Shown piece after piece: positions 1 through 13,061 of a DNA stretch of 64,000 nt. The stretch comes from Klebsormidium nitens (Eukaryota > Plantae > Klebsormidiophyceae). The stretch spans positions 225,355 through 289,354 of the forward strand of contig DF236950.1 in assembly GCA_000708835.1 (NCBI GenBank), written 5' to 3'. Every line of letters begins with the position of its first letter. Within the stretch, counting starts at the first letter, position 1. The translations under genes and the position numbers were made by a program. Below the pieces are notes generated by a model. The model ran no database searches. It was given only the letters and a program-made list of their open reading frames with translations, and was not told the origin of the DNA.

Positions 1-2851
1 GGGCACCTGCACAGATGCACCGCAGGTCGCTATCCACTTTGAGCTGCGTCCTCCGAACTTGGAACAGCTCGCGATCCTGAGCGTTTAGAAGAGCGGTGGC
101 TCCGTAAGCCTTCAAAGGTCAGCAGCAATTTGAGACGTTGTGAGGCCGTCTTCGGTCGAACAGAGGCGAACCTTCCAAGCAAGCGACACGCCAGTGCCAG
201 CTAACGGCGCAATTCGAGCTCGGAAGCGGGTCGTCGATCGTAGTCCCACCCTCCGGCTTTGGTGTCTCCCTCAAAATCAACCGAACATCTGATCAGGGCA
301 AGTCAGACAGGTTTCGGCGAGACTTGCCTGCCGGTACCCTGCTTGGATGGCCGTCAGGAACGCGTCCATGGTCCCCTTGTCGATGCCCAGCTTTTCGCAC
401 AGGCCTAACTCGGTAAAGATGGCCGTCGCCAGGCACTTGAGCGCCTCCCCCTGGTTGGCTGCGTTCAGCCTGGCACCAGGAAAGCAACATTGACGTCAGT
501 GGAGAGTGATGTCAGCAGGTCCGACACGCGAGCACGCAAGTGCCGTCTAATGTGTCGTTCTCTGCTCCACAACAAGGCAACAGCATGAGCTAGCGCCGGC
601 TCTTGGATATCTGAAGCGCAGTCGCAAACAAGTCAAGATAAATAAGAGTACTGCACATATTTCTTTCGCCTGCAAAGGCGATTCCACGGGCATTTTCTAC
701 GGAGGGGCACTCACTCAAACACGTCGAAGTCCAGGTCGTGTATCTTCGTCAGCACCTTTGCCGTCTCTGTTGCCACCAGCTCTTTCTCAACCTGGTTTTC
801 GACCTTTTCTTCAACCTGCTTCTCAACCTCTTTCTCCACCGGACGTTCGGGAGGAGGCGTCTCGCCCTTTCCTGCCTCGAAAGTCGGCTCTTCTACTTTC
901 TTCCGGCCCCTGGGCGATGACTGGGCAAGAGGACTCAGACCGGGACTCCTGCCACTGCAGGACGAAGCGAGAGAAAGAACTGTCACACTAGGAAAGATGA
1001 AGCGAGAGGTCCTACTAGAAAAACCAGTTGGGAAGCATTGCTGCACGCTTGTTTCTGATGCGCTGCGACTGTGCTTGGAACCTTGCTTGCTCAAAAGCAA
1101 GTTTTATAGCTATCGGATACGAGTTGGAGAGAAGTCTTACAAGGTGAAGGAGCGGCTGATGCCGGACCCAGTCTTATTCAGCTGGTTGCTGAACGCGGAA
1201 GGCAAGCTCATAGAGAGCGAGTACTTGTCAGGAACTGTGTATTGATCTGCAAGTCGGTGGAGCTTCAATGAGCTCAATGGAGCTTAGCCGTGCACGCACC
1301 TGGACGGCTTACTTCTGTACAAAACAGCAGCAGGGTGAGTGTTCCAAAATAGAGAGCCTTGCAGGTATTCAAAACTTCAATTCACTGTGCTTACAGCACG
1401 TACGAAGTGCAATTACTGCCACAAACATCACAAGAGCGCTTTTCCATCAATCCTCCAAACAAGAGGAGGTCTCCCAGAAACATTTGCATCTGAAGCCCCT
1501 CACCCAGCCGGTACTCGTGCGCCAGCCATCTCTGCGTCTCTTCATCCAATTCGAGCTTGGGAGACACCAGATTCAAAGTAGACCGCCGATTAGACCGTGG
1601 AGATGGTGGCGTGGATGGCGATTTGACAGTCGGCTCATACAAAGTCCGTGAAAGAATCACTTGCAGGGAATACTGCAGGTCGTTTCTCTGATCCGGTGTG
1701 AGGGTCGCCTGCATAAGATCCAAGCAAACCCGAAAGTCAACTATTTGAGCCTCTTCGACATCAACTATCTGCTTTGTCTTTGATGTTTCTGCTTCGAATG
1801 TTTGCAACTGTGATGCTGCTTCTCATAAGCATTGGGCATCGTTCCTCATTTCGCAGCTGCATCCATTGGACCAAGAAAGGCTGGAGATCAGACGAGTGCC
1901 AAGTACCATAACATGAGGCTTCTGCACTATCCGGACTCTATGCAAATCTGCTCACCTCGTCAAGAATTCTCTCCAGAGCAGGAACGACGTCATCCAACGC
2001 AGAAGACACCTTGATTGATCCAGAATTGTGCCGACTGTGGTGAGCCCCGACCTCCAGTGAAGAGACCACCCTGGATCGAGATGTGCAGGTGAGAAACATT
2101 GGCACAAGATTGGCGGACAAGATGCAACGCAATTTGAGCAACAATTGAGCTGGTGGTGATCACGAACTCGCATTATAGGAACAAAAACAGACTTTCAGAT
2201 GACTAAGGATATTCTTGTCTACCTTCCATTCAGCATGAGATGGCTCATATCAAAATGCAGCAAGCAGCTTGTCACCCCAGAAACTTACTTCGCATGGAAG
2301 TCATCTTGCGACAGCTTGGCCCGAGAGGTGGACCGAGGGCCATGGGAGGGACTTGCTGGAAGACTCGACCCACGAGGATTATTGGAGAACAATTCGAACT
2401 TCCGCAGCAGTTTCGAGGGGCTCATTGCTCCTCCAGTCGCCCCAGACTCGGAAGCAGGGGTCAACCTCCCACTAGACGCGCTGCCTGATCCATTGGCAGC
2501 ACGGGGACTCCCGGAGGACAGGTCCAAGACTCTCAACCCGGCTAAACAAGCAGGAGGCGTTTTGGCTTGAGGAACTGCTTTTTCTATTCGCTCCCCATTT
2601 CCAAATGCTGGATCTGCGGCTGGGATTGCGGCGCCACCTGAAACCTTCCGTTCAGGATTGAGCGGGGAGATCCCTGCGGTTGGAACCTCAAAGCCTCTGA
2701 TACGCGGAATATTGCTGCTCTCAGACACTTTTGTTGGCAGGGAGCTTTCTGTGCCAGGCCCTTGCGTAGCTTCCTCGGAACCTGCTGCTGCCATTTGTGT
2801 GTCTGGTACTATCCTGACGGATGCTCTATCTAGTCCTTCCAGACTGGCCAT
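1..2851 (-). CDS. Class I 3',5'-cyclic nucleotide phosphodiesterase, 5' part (gene continues past the left edge)
   Basis: Exons ~2851-2290, 2070-1956, 1709-1504, 1247-1143, 954-715, 469-328 and 6-<1 join in frame at GT/GC-AG sites. They give ...KIHDLDFDVFELNAANQGEALKCLATAIFTELGLCEKLGIDKGTMDAFLTAIQAGYRQ|VP, the typical lead-in to the PDEase_I 'YHN' metal-binding motif. The upstream segments (LQVILSRTLYEP; LDEETQRWLAHEY) resemble regulatory helices of class I PDEs. Confidence 0.8.
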
Positions 2852-3934
2852 CCTCAGGCGTCAAAGGGCTTCTGGGTTGCGGCGTGCACACATACACTCT
2901 CAAGAGCCCAAAAATTCTGATCAGATTGATCAGTTCGTCTTCCGCTGGTTATCAATGTCCAGGTATCTAATCAAGAACGCCTCCCATCTGAACATTGGAT
3001 TCAGGATTGGAAGCGCTGAGGCAGGAACGGAGGTCAAGGAGCACGGGCCAAACTTCTTGCTTTGCCTGCTTATACCCCTCCCATCCCTTCCTCCCTTGTA
3101 TGCCATAAACTAGGCTCAAACAACATCCATTGCAAATCTTCCTTCTCAAAATCGGCTTTGAACCACTTGCAAGCCTTGCAGCCCCTGCGCCACCAAAGAA
3201 GGAGCCCGTCCTTGCACCAGAATGGGCCCGCCTTCTCATCTGGCAACCACTCGACATTTTCAGACCACCATTCTGGATTCCTTGACCACAAAAGCAAACG
3301 TTTGCAGCCCTGCACGGGCTAGCAACCTACCGCCAACCCTTCCACATGTTCCTTAGGTTTCTCCCTCAAAAGAGGAACTCAAAAGTGCGAGAGCCATGTC
3401 AGCGGCCCGCGGGACGCTTTTTCCCAACCAGGGCGTCGAGTTCTGGTCCTTCCAAGACAGCAGCTGAGTCTGACTCATCATGTCCTCACAACTGGAACCC
3501 TAGTTTTGTCTAGGAAAGTTGGAACCCTAATTTTTGGCAAGGCGGGTCAGGCACAGGGTCAACTGTTGAAGTTGACTGTTTGCCTCCGTTGACCAAAATT
3601 TCAGTGATCCTTGGCCGTCCATTTGATAAACTTTTGACAAAAACCGTCCGATAAGCAAGTTAGGGTTCAATTTTGTTTTCAGTTGAAGAGACCCCCACAA
3701 TTTTCTGGTGGCTTTTCTGTGGGTACGTACATCCGGTAAAACAGAGAACCTCAAGAAGGTTTTGGATCATGTTAATTTACATTCTCTTTCTAAGATCGCC
3801 CGACTCCGATTGTTACCTTGAATATTTTGCGAGTCCTTATGAAAAAGCATCTGTGCAATCCGGCAAGCTTTCCGTACGGTTGCATTCCCATATGCATAAA
3901 TGAATATTCGCTCTAAGTTATCGCAAACCTTGAA

Positions 3935-5530
3935 ATGAAGTTCATATGTGAGGAAGAAGAGTTGCTGGTGCCACGGCCCACAGTCCAGCAGCATTGCATG
4001 GCGCGGCGCGCTTCAAGTTCTGGCCACTTTTCAACGGGCAATACAACAGGCGGTCCACGCAGAGTCAAGGAGAAGCCTGGCCTGAGGGGGCAGGACTCTG
4101 CGGCCAAGCTATGTGAGGGTCTACAGCAGGAGCTCTGTCACGGTGGCATCGATCAGGGTGCGAACTGTGAAGCAAGCATGCTGAGGGCGAGGCAAAGCAG
4201 TTGGAAGGTGAGGGCTTCTGGTATCACCAGTAGCATCCACCTATTCCAGCAGGGCTTGAATATATAGAACATGATTCTTTAGATGGGAGCTCCTTGTTGA
4301 GCCAAGCTGCCCGTGTGTCCATGTGTTGGGTAAGCATAAAAATATGGAATGGATGGTTAGATGGGCAGATAATGTCGGATGATATTCTGCTATTTATCCT
4401 AAACTTGCTAACTCGACTTGCTGGTTTCCAAAGTTTGCCAGAGGTAGGACACTGGATTAGCTGCTCAGTTGGTCAAGTGGGGCCTGTGACTGCTGCGCGT
4501 TCCTAGTTTTCCAGTGCCCTCTTGCTTTCATCCAGTTTGGCAAGTCGCGCTTCGGTTTTTAAGAGGACTTTTGTCTCCTTCTTTGACCAAGTTTAGTCTG
4601 TTGCTGTCCACCGCAGCCGGAGTAGAGGAGCAGCAACTGTTTCCCGACAGAATTTCTCAACGGGCAAGGCATGTCCAAAGGGTTGTAGGGCTTGCGAGGG
4701 AGAAGCCTGGTGGCGGCCAGGAGATGGAAGTATTGACGCAATTGAGACGGCCCCATCAATGCTGGGGTCTGCGGGCACACTCGTACACCCAAAACAGGCG
4801 CTTCGTTGGGACTTCCCACTTCCACTCAGGCACGGGTTTGGCAGGCAGGTTGAGCCTGCAGGGTTTATGGCATCGGGGGCGTCTTGCGGGAAGCAAAGCA
4901 GCGTGCTTTTGCTGCAGAGTAGCTGCATTTGCTGACCCAAACCCACAGGTCATTGAGGAAAAGGTTTCTTTGTCCCGGGGACTGGCAAGCGCGCAGGAAA
5001 GGGCATCCAAGGAGGGGCAGCCGGCTCCTGCAAAGGGAAGTCCGGTTGGTCTCAGCAAACTCAGTGGAGATGCAGAGCGGCTCCTAGATGCGAAAAAGGC
5101 TGGGAGTCTGGAGGGGTCCAGCGCCAGAAAGAGGCGCTCGAGCGCGGAGGGAAGGGACGGCACACAGGCGAAGCGGTCGCTGAAGGCAGTCCTGGGGGCG
5201 TTGCAGAAGCGGGGGAAGGGACAGAATCAGCACGAGGGGGACTTTGAGGATGAGGAATCAGGGGGTGTGGAGGATTCGGAAACAGAGGACAGCGGTGGGG
5301 GAGCGGCGATTCGGCAGCCGAGAAAGCCGCGACGAAGACAGCTGTCGGATGAGGAGCGGGAGAGGCGGCGTGCGTACATCATGGCGAAACTAGGTGGGGG
5401 AGCCGCCTCGAACGGAGGCTTTTTGAGCGGAGGCCTTCGTGTTGTTTCTCAGCAAAGCCTCTGTATCCGACTATTGACTGATGTTATTCAGGCCGCTGGT
5501 GTGTGTGCAAGCGGAACTATGCTAAGCTGA
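3935..5530 (+). CDS. Hypothetical protein with a low-complexity charged C-terminal region; exon structure uncertain
   Basis: 338-codon ORF at 4514-5530, purine-rich and E/D/K/R-rich (DFEDEESGGVEDSETEDS; RRRQLSDEERERRRAY). It may be joined to an upstream exon ~3935-4161 via the acceptor near 4617. No recognisable domain. Confidence 0.35.
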
Positions 5531-6071
5531 GAGGTGCTGTCATGACATGGGTGCATGTAGGGTCCACCTTTGTTAAGGGCTTTTAAACGGGGATCTTTAC
5601 TTAGGGTAGCAGTAAACGTGGTATCGTTGACTACATTTTGATAACCAATGGTCGTGGCAATGATCATGCTTCAATTTTGGCCTAATCTCTGGGCCCGTTC
5701 CGTTGCGCAACAAGTCAAAGCCTATTGTAATCAGCCAACTTCGCTGAGGTTTCTTAGGGCAACATCAGTCTCTCGGTCCTGATCGCAGGCACTTTTTACG
5801 TTTGACTTTGCTTTGGGGCTAGACCAGGCTGACGCTTTCGGAGGATTTTGCTGGTCGTTTTCAATCCTCCAAATCACGCCTTCGATTGAGTCGCAACTCT
5901 GATTGCCGGAGTAAAGTTCGTATCGGCCACAACAACGCTCTCTCGCAAGTTTCTTTTCGAAGTTCTTTCTTCTTAGCCTCCAACATCGCCTATACACTGT
6001 CTGCACTGATTACTCGCTTCCAATGCTGTCTTGCGCACCGCTTTTCTTCATTCCCTAGGCGCTCTGTGCAG

Positions 6072-7700
6072 GTTTGGACGAGGAAGCGAGTCACATTCTG
6101 AACAGCAGCATCCCGGCCCAGATTACGATCGCCCCTCTGGAAGAGCGGCTAGACGCGCTCTCCGCGCTCGGTCTCGACAACTACGAGATCGTCCTCGCAA
6201 TCATGCGCTACCCGGGCATCCTCAGTCTGCGCCGCTTTCAAAACTACGGCCCCAACATCGCATTTGTCCGAAGTCTGGGCATTCCGGACGAGGATCTTCC
6301 GACCATCATTCTGCGGTTTCCGAGGCTACTGGTCCTAAATATGGAGGAGGTCGCACCGACGGTGGCGTACCTGCGTTCGTTGGGGCTGGAGGATGACGAC
6401 ATTCGGAAGATGGTGCTGGCGTGCCCCATCATCATCTGCAAGGACGTCCAAAAGTAAGCATAGTCCGCCTCCGTTCGGGAAGGTTGAACAGATTAGCGAC
6501 GTTGGTGTCTTGAGGTTGTGCAAACGGATTGTGAACCTCGATCGCCATCACTACAGCTGGTTCTGTCGAAGAATGAGGAGGTGTGCTTGACAACAATCTG
6601 CGGAGAGACATTCGATTCTCGGCACCGAGAGTCCGGTGCGTGTTGGGCATCTCATGATTACTTCGAGAAGGACGACTATCGAACCCCATTTGCGAAGGAG
6701 AGGGGAGCGTGTCAAGATGACTTCTTAATCTCTGACAACATTCAGGAAGCTTCTGTCTCGAAGGCAGTTCACGAAGCATCTTCCGATCCACAACATGCTA
6801 TTCCACCTCAAAATCGAAACAATCAGTGGTGACCCGATTCAAGCCAACTCCCACTCCTAGATCTAAGCTCGCCAGAATCTCAGCCTCGTTCACTTCGAGG
6901 CGCTTTTGATCACAGCGAAATCTCTCTAGGCCATCACCCTCTTAAGTCACCCTTTAATCGGGTGCTGACGTGTCGGCCCCAACTCTTAGCCCATTCGTAA
7001 CCAGCGCTTTTCCTCCTGCAGGGTTATGGTGCCCCGGGTGCAAGTCTTCCAAGCGTTCGGCATGCCCCCCGACAAGATTGCGTCCATGCTTCGCAAGGTG
7101 CCTGCGATCCTGGCGTTGTTTAACCCGTCCCGTTTAGCCGCTAACCTGATGTATCTCGAGGAGCTGGGCATGACCCGAGACGAGATCATTCTGTTAACCA
7201 GTCGCAATCCGGAGGTCATTGGGCACAGTATCAAGGACAATCTGGAGCCCAAGATCGAGTGGCTGCAGTCGTTAGGGATGACGCAGCTCGACGCCGCACG
7301 TATTGTCGTAGGGAAACCAAAGCTTTCACTTTTGAAGTTGCAGACCAGGATCCGGGACCTGGTAGCGTATGGGTTTACGCTTGACCAGGTAATCAAAATG
7401 TTGTTGAAAACCCAGGGCTTGGTGGGGTTTACGAAGGAAACCCTGTATGCGAAGTTGTCGTTTGTAGAAAACGTGATGGGTCAGAGCAAGGAGGAGATTT
7501 CCGAGTTTCCCACCGGCCTTTGTTACAGTTTAGAGAAAAGGGTGATACCCAGGTGGAACGAAGCGGTGGAAGCAGGCATTCAATACACGACCAACTGGAG
7601 GACGTTGATAGTTGCTACGAGTGCCAGGTTTGAGATTATGAAACTCAAACAAAAGTACGTGAGAAAAAAGACAAGACAATGGAAAAGTGAGTCGTTTTGA
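6072..7700 (+). CDS. mTERF-family organellar transcription termination factor (5' exon not resolved)
   Basis: Two exons (6072-~6453 and ~7021-7700) join in frame (DVQK|VMVP). They contain repeated mTERF motifs (YLRSLGL, LEPKIEWLQSLG, FPTGLCYSLEKRVIPR). Confidence 0.9.
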
Positions 7701-8960
7701 CCGTTGATCTGATTCCACAAGCCACCGTCGAGCTGGCGTCCAGCTGTTTGTACCCACTTCAATTCTTATGCAAACACATGAAAGTTTTAAGCTCGCCCCT
7801 AGATTCAGAACCTTTTCTAATCACATTTAAACTTTACGAAACGATGGGCCCGGCCACAGGTTTCATCAAAACGCATGTAGGAGTTTAGGGCCACAGGTTT
7901 CATCGATTCAGGAATTCATGCACTCGATTAATATTGTAATATTGTAATCAAGGCCAGTATAATCGTTGAACAGTGCATGCCGCAATAATACCATTAATGT
8001 GTCCTAATCGCGACGGAACTTAAGTGAAACACGTCGACGCTCCCGGCATCCGAGTCCGGGCCCTTTAGCAACCGAACATGGACTTCGTAAATCTGCACAG
8101 GCAGATCGAGTGGATAGAGTAAAAAAATTGCGCTTGCAATCAGTGATACATGTCGATATGGCCGGTTGCCCGCGGGATCCGACATGTGACGTCTGATTGT
8201 ATCATGTCCGATGATCATCAACGTACGATCCAGTCGCGGAATATCATCCGCGGTTCGAAAGCATTGCGCATGGAGTGAGCTAGGAACCGCGCGCCTGTGT
8301 TATACTAGCCTCATTCTAAAGACGCGCGTGGCCGCCTTTATGAACGGCCTTCCATACATGCTACAGTATTCAATGGTCGGATAATCACGACGTACCCACC
8401 TCGCTGCAGTGTACACTAAATTCAAGTAGTGTACGGTACACAGCTTAAGCAATTGCAGCCGTACGGTCCAACTTAACCTAGACTGGTGCCGTTTCAAGTT
8501 GCATGCGCCTAAGCTTGTCTAGCATATGCCACACCTTTACGCGAGTGTATAATGTGTGTCCGAGGTTGCCGGCCCGGCCGCCGGCTGCATGTTATCGTTA
8601 AATATAAGAACGCTAGGGGCCCTATTCCTTCAAGAGACGGTCATTACAATAATAAGACTGTTTGCTTCAATGTCTAGACCTTTCTCTAGCTCTTCCTCAG
8701 TAATAAGCAAACGGTTACTCATTTGAGTCATTAGGAGTTTATATGGGCAAGCTTGATACAGTCCCTATGTATAATAAAGCGTAAAACTTTTTGATCTCTC
8801 TTTTTTCGGTGTAATGCTGACGGTCCTTACGAGGTACGCGAAATTTACGAGCTTTCTAAGATTTCTTAACTTGTAGGTGTTGAGTCTACCCTCTTTGTCC
8901 GGACGGTTATGCATTGATTCATGACGCAATCTTACACAAGCCTGGAACTGGAACTCCCTG

Positions 8961-11900
8961 CTACAGGCTCACTGAATCAACCAGCCTGGCACCACGTGAT
9001 GCCATGAAGTACTGCCCAAGATAGTGTGTCGTTTCCTGCACGCCGAACAAGATACTTTGATCGTTGGAGTAGATGCTTTTACCCTCTTCACAGCAGATCA
9101 GAGCGACGCTGGATAAGTAGCACAAGGTCCTGAGAAAGAACACGCTTCGCCGATCCAAGGCGCGAGCACTCGAAATCAGGGGATTTGTTTGAAGCGCACC
9201 TCTCGCAGAAGTAGACTATTCCATGTCCCGTCTTCTCTCATATCCTTTCTCCGCCTCAAGTGCTCTTCCTATGGTGCACGGTCAATGGCTTCCTCTGACC
9301 CTCATGGCTTCGACACACCGAATCAGAGCGCATACGTGCCCAGTCCCGATCGGTGTCTCGTTTGCACCGCGTGTCCAAATGACACCCCCGAACTCAGCCC
9401 AGAGCATTGAAACCAATCAATGGAAATATCCATCTCAATAACCCCAGAAACAGTTGCTCTGAGCAGAGCACTCCGTGAAACCTGATTCCAGTCCGTAGAT
9501 AAAGTATGCAAAAGTCTTCATTCGTCCCATCAGAAAAGCCCGCCAAAAAAGCCCACCTGCGGGTGGGCGTCAATGGCCCTTCTGCCGAGCGCGACCGCGA
9601 CTTGCTTGGGCAGGTCGTAGGTGGAGCAGCCCTGGGAGTAGACGAACACTTCGGCGAGGGGGGGGAGGAGCGCGTGGTTGCGCGCGGAGAGCACGGTGAG
9701 GACGAAGTCCATGACACAAATGTCGGTACAGATGCCCACGACCAGCATCTGCGGAATGGGGTTAAGCTGTGGGTTAAGACAGACGCTTCGTTAGTAGCAT
9801 TGCTTAAGACTAGTACACGTGCCTACGATCAGACCTGTGGGCAAAGGTCAGTAGTGGTGAGGGTAGACAGCAACGTAAGGTTGCGGTTTTTACATGAGCT
9901 CAGAACGAAGAGCACCGGTCTGGCACGCCAGCTCTTGTTATTGATGTGCTCTCCATTCGCAGCGGAGGACGAAAGCGGAGGACAAAGGGCGGTCCGACAG
10001 GCCAAGAAGATACGCACAGGCGATAACCTCGACGCAACTGAAGATGAGGGGATCTTCGCTCTTGAGGGCAACCTGTGCTTTAGAAGTCGGACGTGGGATA
10101 GAGAAAGTGAATTTAAGCACGCTTCTCCATGGCGGACGCCGGAACGATTGGTCATCGAATCAAGCGAGTAATTGAGAACGGAAGCCGAGAATACGGAAGC
10201 GAGACGAGCAGAAGGGGGTGAAACGAGGAGAAAGACCAGGGTGGTGACTTTAAGTCCGGAATTGAAAAGAAGGTCGAAGAACGGGATGAAATTGGAAGGA
10301 CGAGTGCAGACATAAGAAGGAAAAGAAACGGAAAGGGGGTGAATTGCCCGCGAGAGAGTCTCGCCAGGGAAAAGGAAGCAACGACAGAGAGGTACAGGTG
10401 ATCACGCGAGGATGACAAGATCTAGTCATTGCTGGTCAGCAACAATTTTCGTGCTTGACCGAGTGAGACATGAGAAGGCACTCACATGCTCCACCTTGTT
10501 ATCCCGCACCCAATCCACCACTGCGTTGGACCCGTCTTGCCTTATTGCACCAATGAAGCCGTTTATGCAGTCTTTGCGCACCTTGACGCACGCTTTGTTA
10601 TTTTCCAGCCATTCTAGAGCCTGCACAGACAAGAGCGGAAGCAACTTGAAAACCTGGGCAAAGCATCTCCTCGCCCTCCGTTGCTTTCCCTCCTCTTGTC
10701 TGCAGTCAAAAGCGTGACATGATGATCTCCCCCCCTGTGAACCCCTTCAGCTCAAGGCACAAGCTTCAAAGATCGACTTCACCAGTAGAGAACTTCGCTT
10801 TGGCAGGTCTGCATAGAAGGACCGGCTGCAGGACAGTGAACTTTGTCGCATGAGATTGAGTATCTTCTCTTTGAACCTGAGCTTGATTGAAGCTTTGTAG
10901 GCGCTAGACAGGTGTGCTTGGTACTTGATCAGGCCCAATGTAACAACGGCTTTTCAGTGGCTAACTTCCAAACCAGGACTGCTCTTAGCAAAAGCGTACA
11001 TCCACTCAGCTCTTGTCAGGCCGACAACCATATCATTAGGAAGCAGAGTCAGTCAGTGGAAGAACTGCCAATACTCGTCAGCCTTGACATTCTGTGTGCC
11101 TTTGTACATCAATTGTACACAATTGGATACAATAGCCTCTGCGGTGGCCAACGTTGAGAGAACCCCCCTCTGCGACGTTCCTCCCCTGCCATCTTTCTCT
11201 CCTAATTCAACGCTTGTCAGCAGACTTTCAACAACATAAGCCCCAAAAAGCAGTGAACGTCTCCAAAAAGGATAGAGGTGTCAAGATATCCTACCGGCAC
11301 AAAGTTCTCCTCTCCTGTGCCCCGCTCGCAGTGAGGCGGGTAGGGCGGTTCTGGTACTCCTGGTTCGTGCGTGTCGAGAAACGCGAGGACGGGCCAGCCG
11401 CGCTCCGTGAAGGCCTTGGCCAATCTGTTAGTCTCCTCCACCATTCGGTCCACCTGGTCGTCTTGCTGTGGGGGGGCCTGCAGGTCAAATGGGGGGCACA
11501 TCAGGACTGGGTAAGATAGCTATGGTTTGGGGAAAGAGAAGGTTGAGCCTTCGTAGGATTGATTAAGGAGGCGGAAATTGAAAAGAGCTTGCCCAGATTG
11601 CCTAGATTGTTTTAGAGGGGTATGAGCAACTAGAAAAGTGACAGGGCCTCTATAGACAACGGAGGACAGAATACTTGTGATGAGGACAAGGGGTGGGGCT
11701 GATCAAGATCATCGCAGAATTGGCATGGTTTCAGGACGTGTAGACATACACAAGAATTCAGAATTGGGGGAAATATATGTCAATAATGCGAGACAGACAC
11801 GTCAAGCCTGATAGCTGAACTGAAGCACACGCTGAAAGGGCACCCTCAGGAGCTGCCCGTCTGGAACGTTGCCTGTATGAGAGTCAAAGGCCATCATTAT

Positions 11901-12402
11901 ATCCCTCAGCCTAACCTGTCTTTCATTGTAACCAGCAATCAGAAGGAAGAAGACCATGGGCATTCCACTTCAAGATTGAATATGCAAGGTCCATCTGATG
12001 TACTGAGCTATGGGAATTAGCCTGACATCATTTGACTCATTGCAGCCGGTTTACATCCATCTGTTACGCAGCTCGACCTCAGACACAAACCTTGTTCAAA
12101 GCAGTACCACAGCTGCAGAGCGGTGACCACTGCGCATGAGGGTATCATTTAGCCCCACGTTGAATTTTGGCTTCGAGCCTAGCGAACAGGTGGCCCTCAA
12201 ACCACAGATCTTCTCCAAGTTACATGTAAACGAAACAGCTAACATGGTGGTGCAAACTTACCAGGTTTCCTGCCCCCACAGTTGCAAACCCGTTCACTTC
12301 ATCAACAATGACTAGGCCCACCCGGCTTGGCCCTGCCTTGTACTCCTCAAAAGCGAGCGGCATCTCGCTCTGCAGGAGAGCGTTGAGCTCCCGGGATGCC
12401 AT
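8961..12402 (-). CDS. NIC1: Nicotinamidase (isochorismatase-like hydrolase)
   Basis: Five exons (12402-12262, 11477-11295, 10620-10486, 9748-9557, 9035-8961) in frame. Motifs VIVDEVNGF, FLDTHEP, PPHC, KDCINGF, VGICTDICV and MASRGARLV match plant nicotinamidases. An acceptor near 12422 implies a 5'-UTR intron. Confidence 0.92.
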
Positions 12403-13052
12403 CGATGATGCCGGGGCGTGCTGCACGAAATGAGTGGCAATTGTAAAGCAAGTGTCCAAAGGCTATGCGTCTCTCTTGTATGTAGTGGTGGGAAGATCAG
12501 ATGACAGAAGCCTCACTTTTGCGAAGCAAACATGGGAATGCTCCAGCAGTTTCTATGTCTTAAGAAGCAGTCGGTAAGCAGAAAAACATGCACACTTTGA
12601 GCTCATGATGAGAGTCATACAAGACAAGGTTCGCCAAATTCAAAATCAGAAGCAATGCTGCACATTGATGGGGTATGCTGACTGCGTTTCTAGCATATGT
12701 TGGAGTTCACAAAAGCACCATTCGGCTACTTCAAGAACCACTTTGAGCCGGATACTTATAGGCACTGCATTTGCAACATTTTGAGAGCGTACCTCAAGCC
12801 CTCAGCACACAAATGGGGATTGACTCCTGATACTGATCAGCACTCTCTTTCGGGGTTTCAATTCCCCCAACACTTCGAATAAGACGGCCCCGCTTCAGGA
12901 CCTTAGCACCTTTCTGCTTTAGAGAGACTCGCTCTCTTGGCACCTCGAGAAGATCGGTGGCCTTTTCAATTTCATTCTTCATGTACTCAAGGCTCAAGCT
13001 GAGCAGCTCTATAATCTTAGCTGGCCCTGAGACCTGGCCCATGGCTAGCTTC

Positions 13053-13061
13053 AAACCCTAA
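13053..13061 (+). promoter_or_regulatory. Telo-box (AAACCCTAA) upstream of the nicotinamidase gene
   Basis: Exact AAACCCTAA about 650 nt upstream of the NIC ATG, beyond the 5'-UTR intron. The function is inferred from the plant telo-box literature. Confidence 0.35.

Noticed and set aside
491-498. TGACGTCA (cAMP-response-element sequence) in an intron of the PDE gene
   Set aside because: The same 8-mer occurs several more times in the window (~29518, 29763, 40359, 53649), so it is a coincidence.
3495-3670. GAACCCTAA/TTAGGGTTC motifs suggesting an interstitial telomere or element end
   Set aside because: There are only three imperfect, dispersed units in a divergent promoter region, at most telo-box-like.
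8770-8940. AT-richer stretch that looked like a structured RNA gene
   Set aside because: No match to remembered U1/U2/U3/U4/U5/U6, SRP or RNase MRP motifs. It is simply the nicotinamidase 3' UTR.
12794-13054. 86-aa minus-strand ORF upstream of nicotinamidase
   Set aside because: No recognisable motif. It probably overlaps the 5' UTR or promoter.
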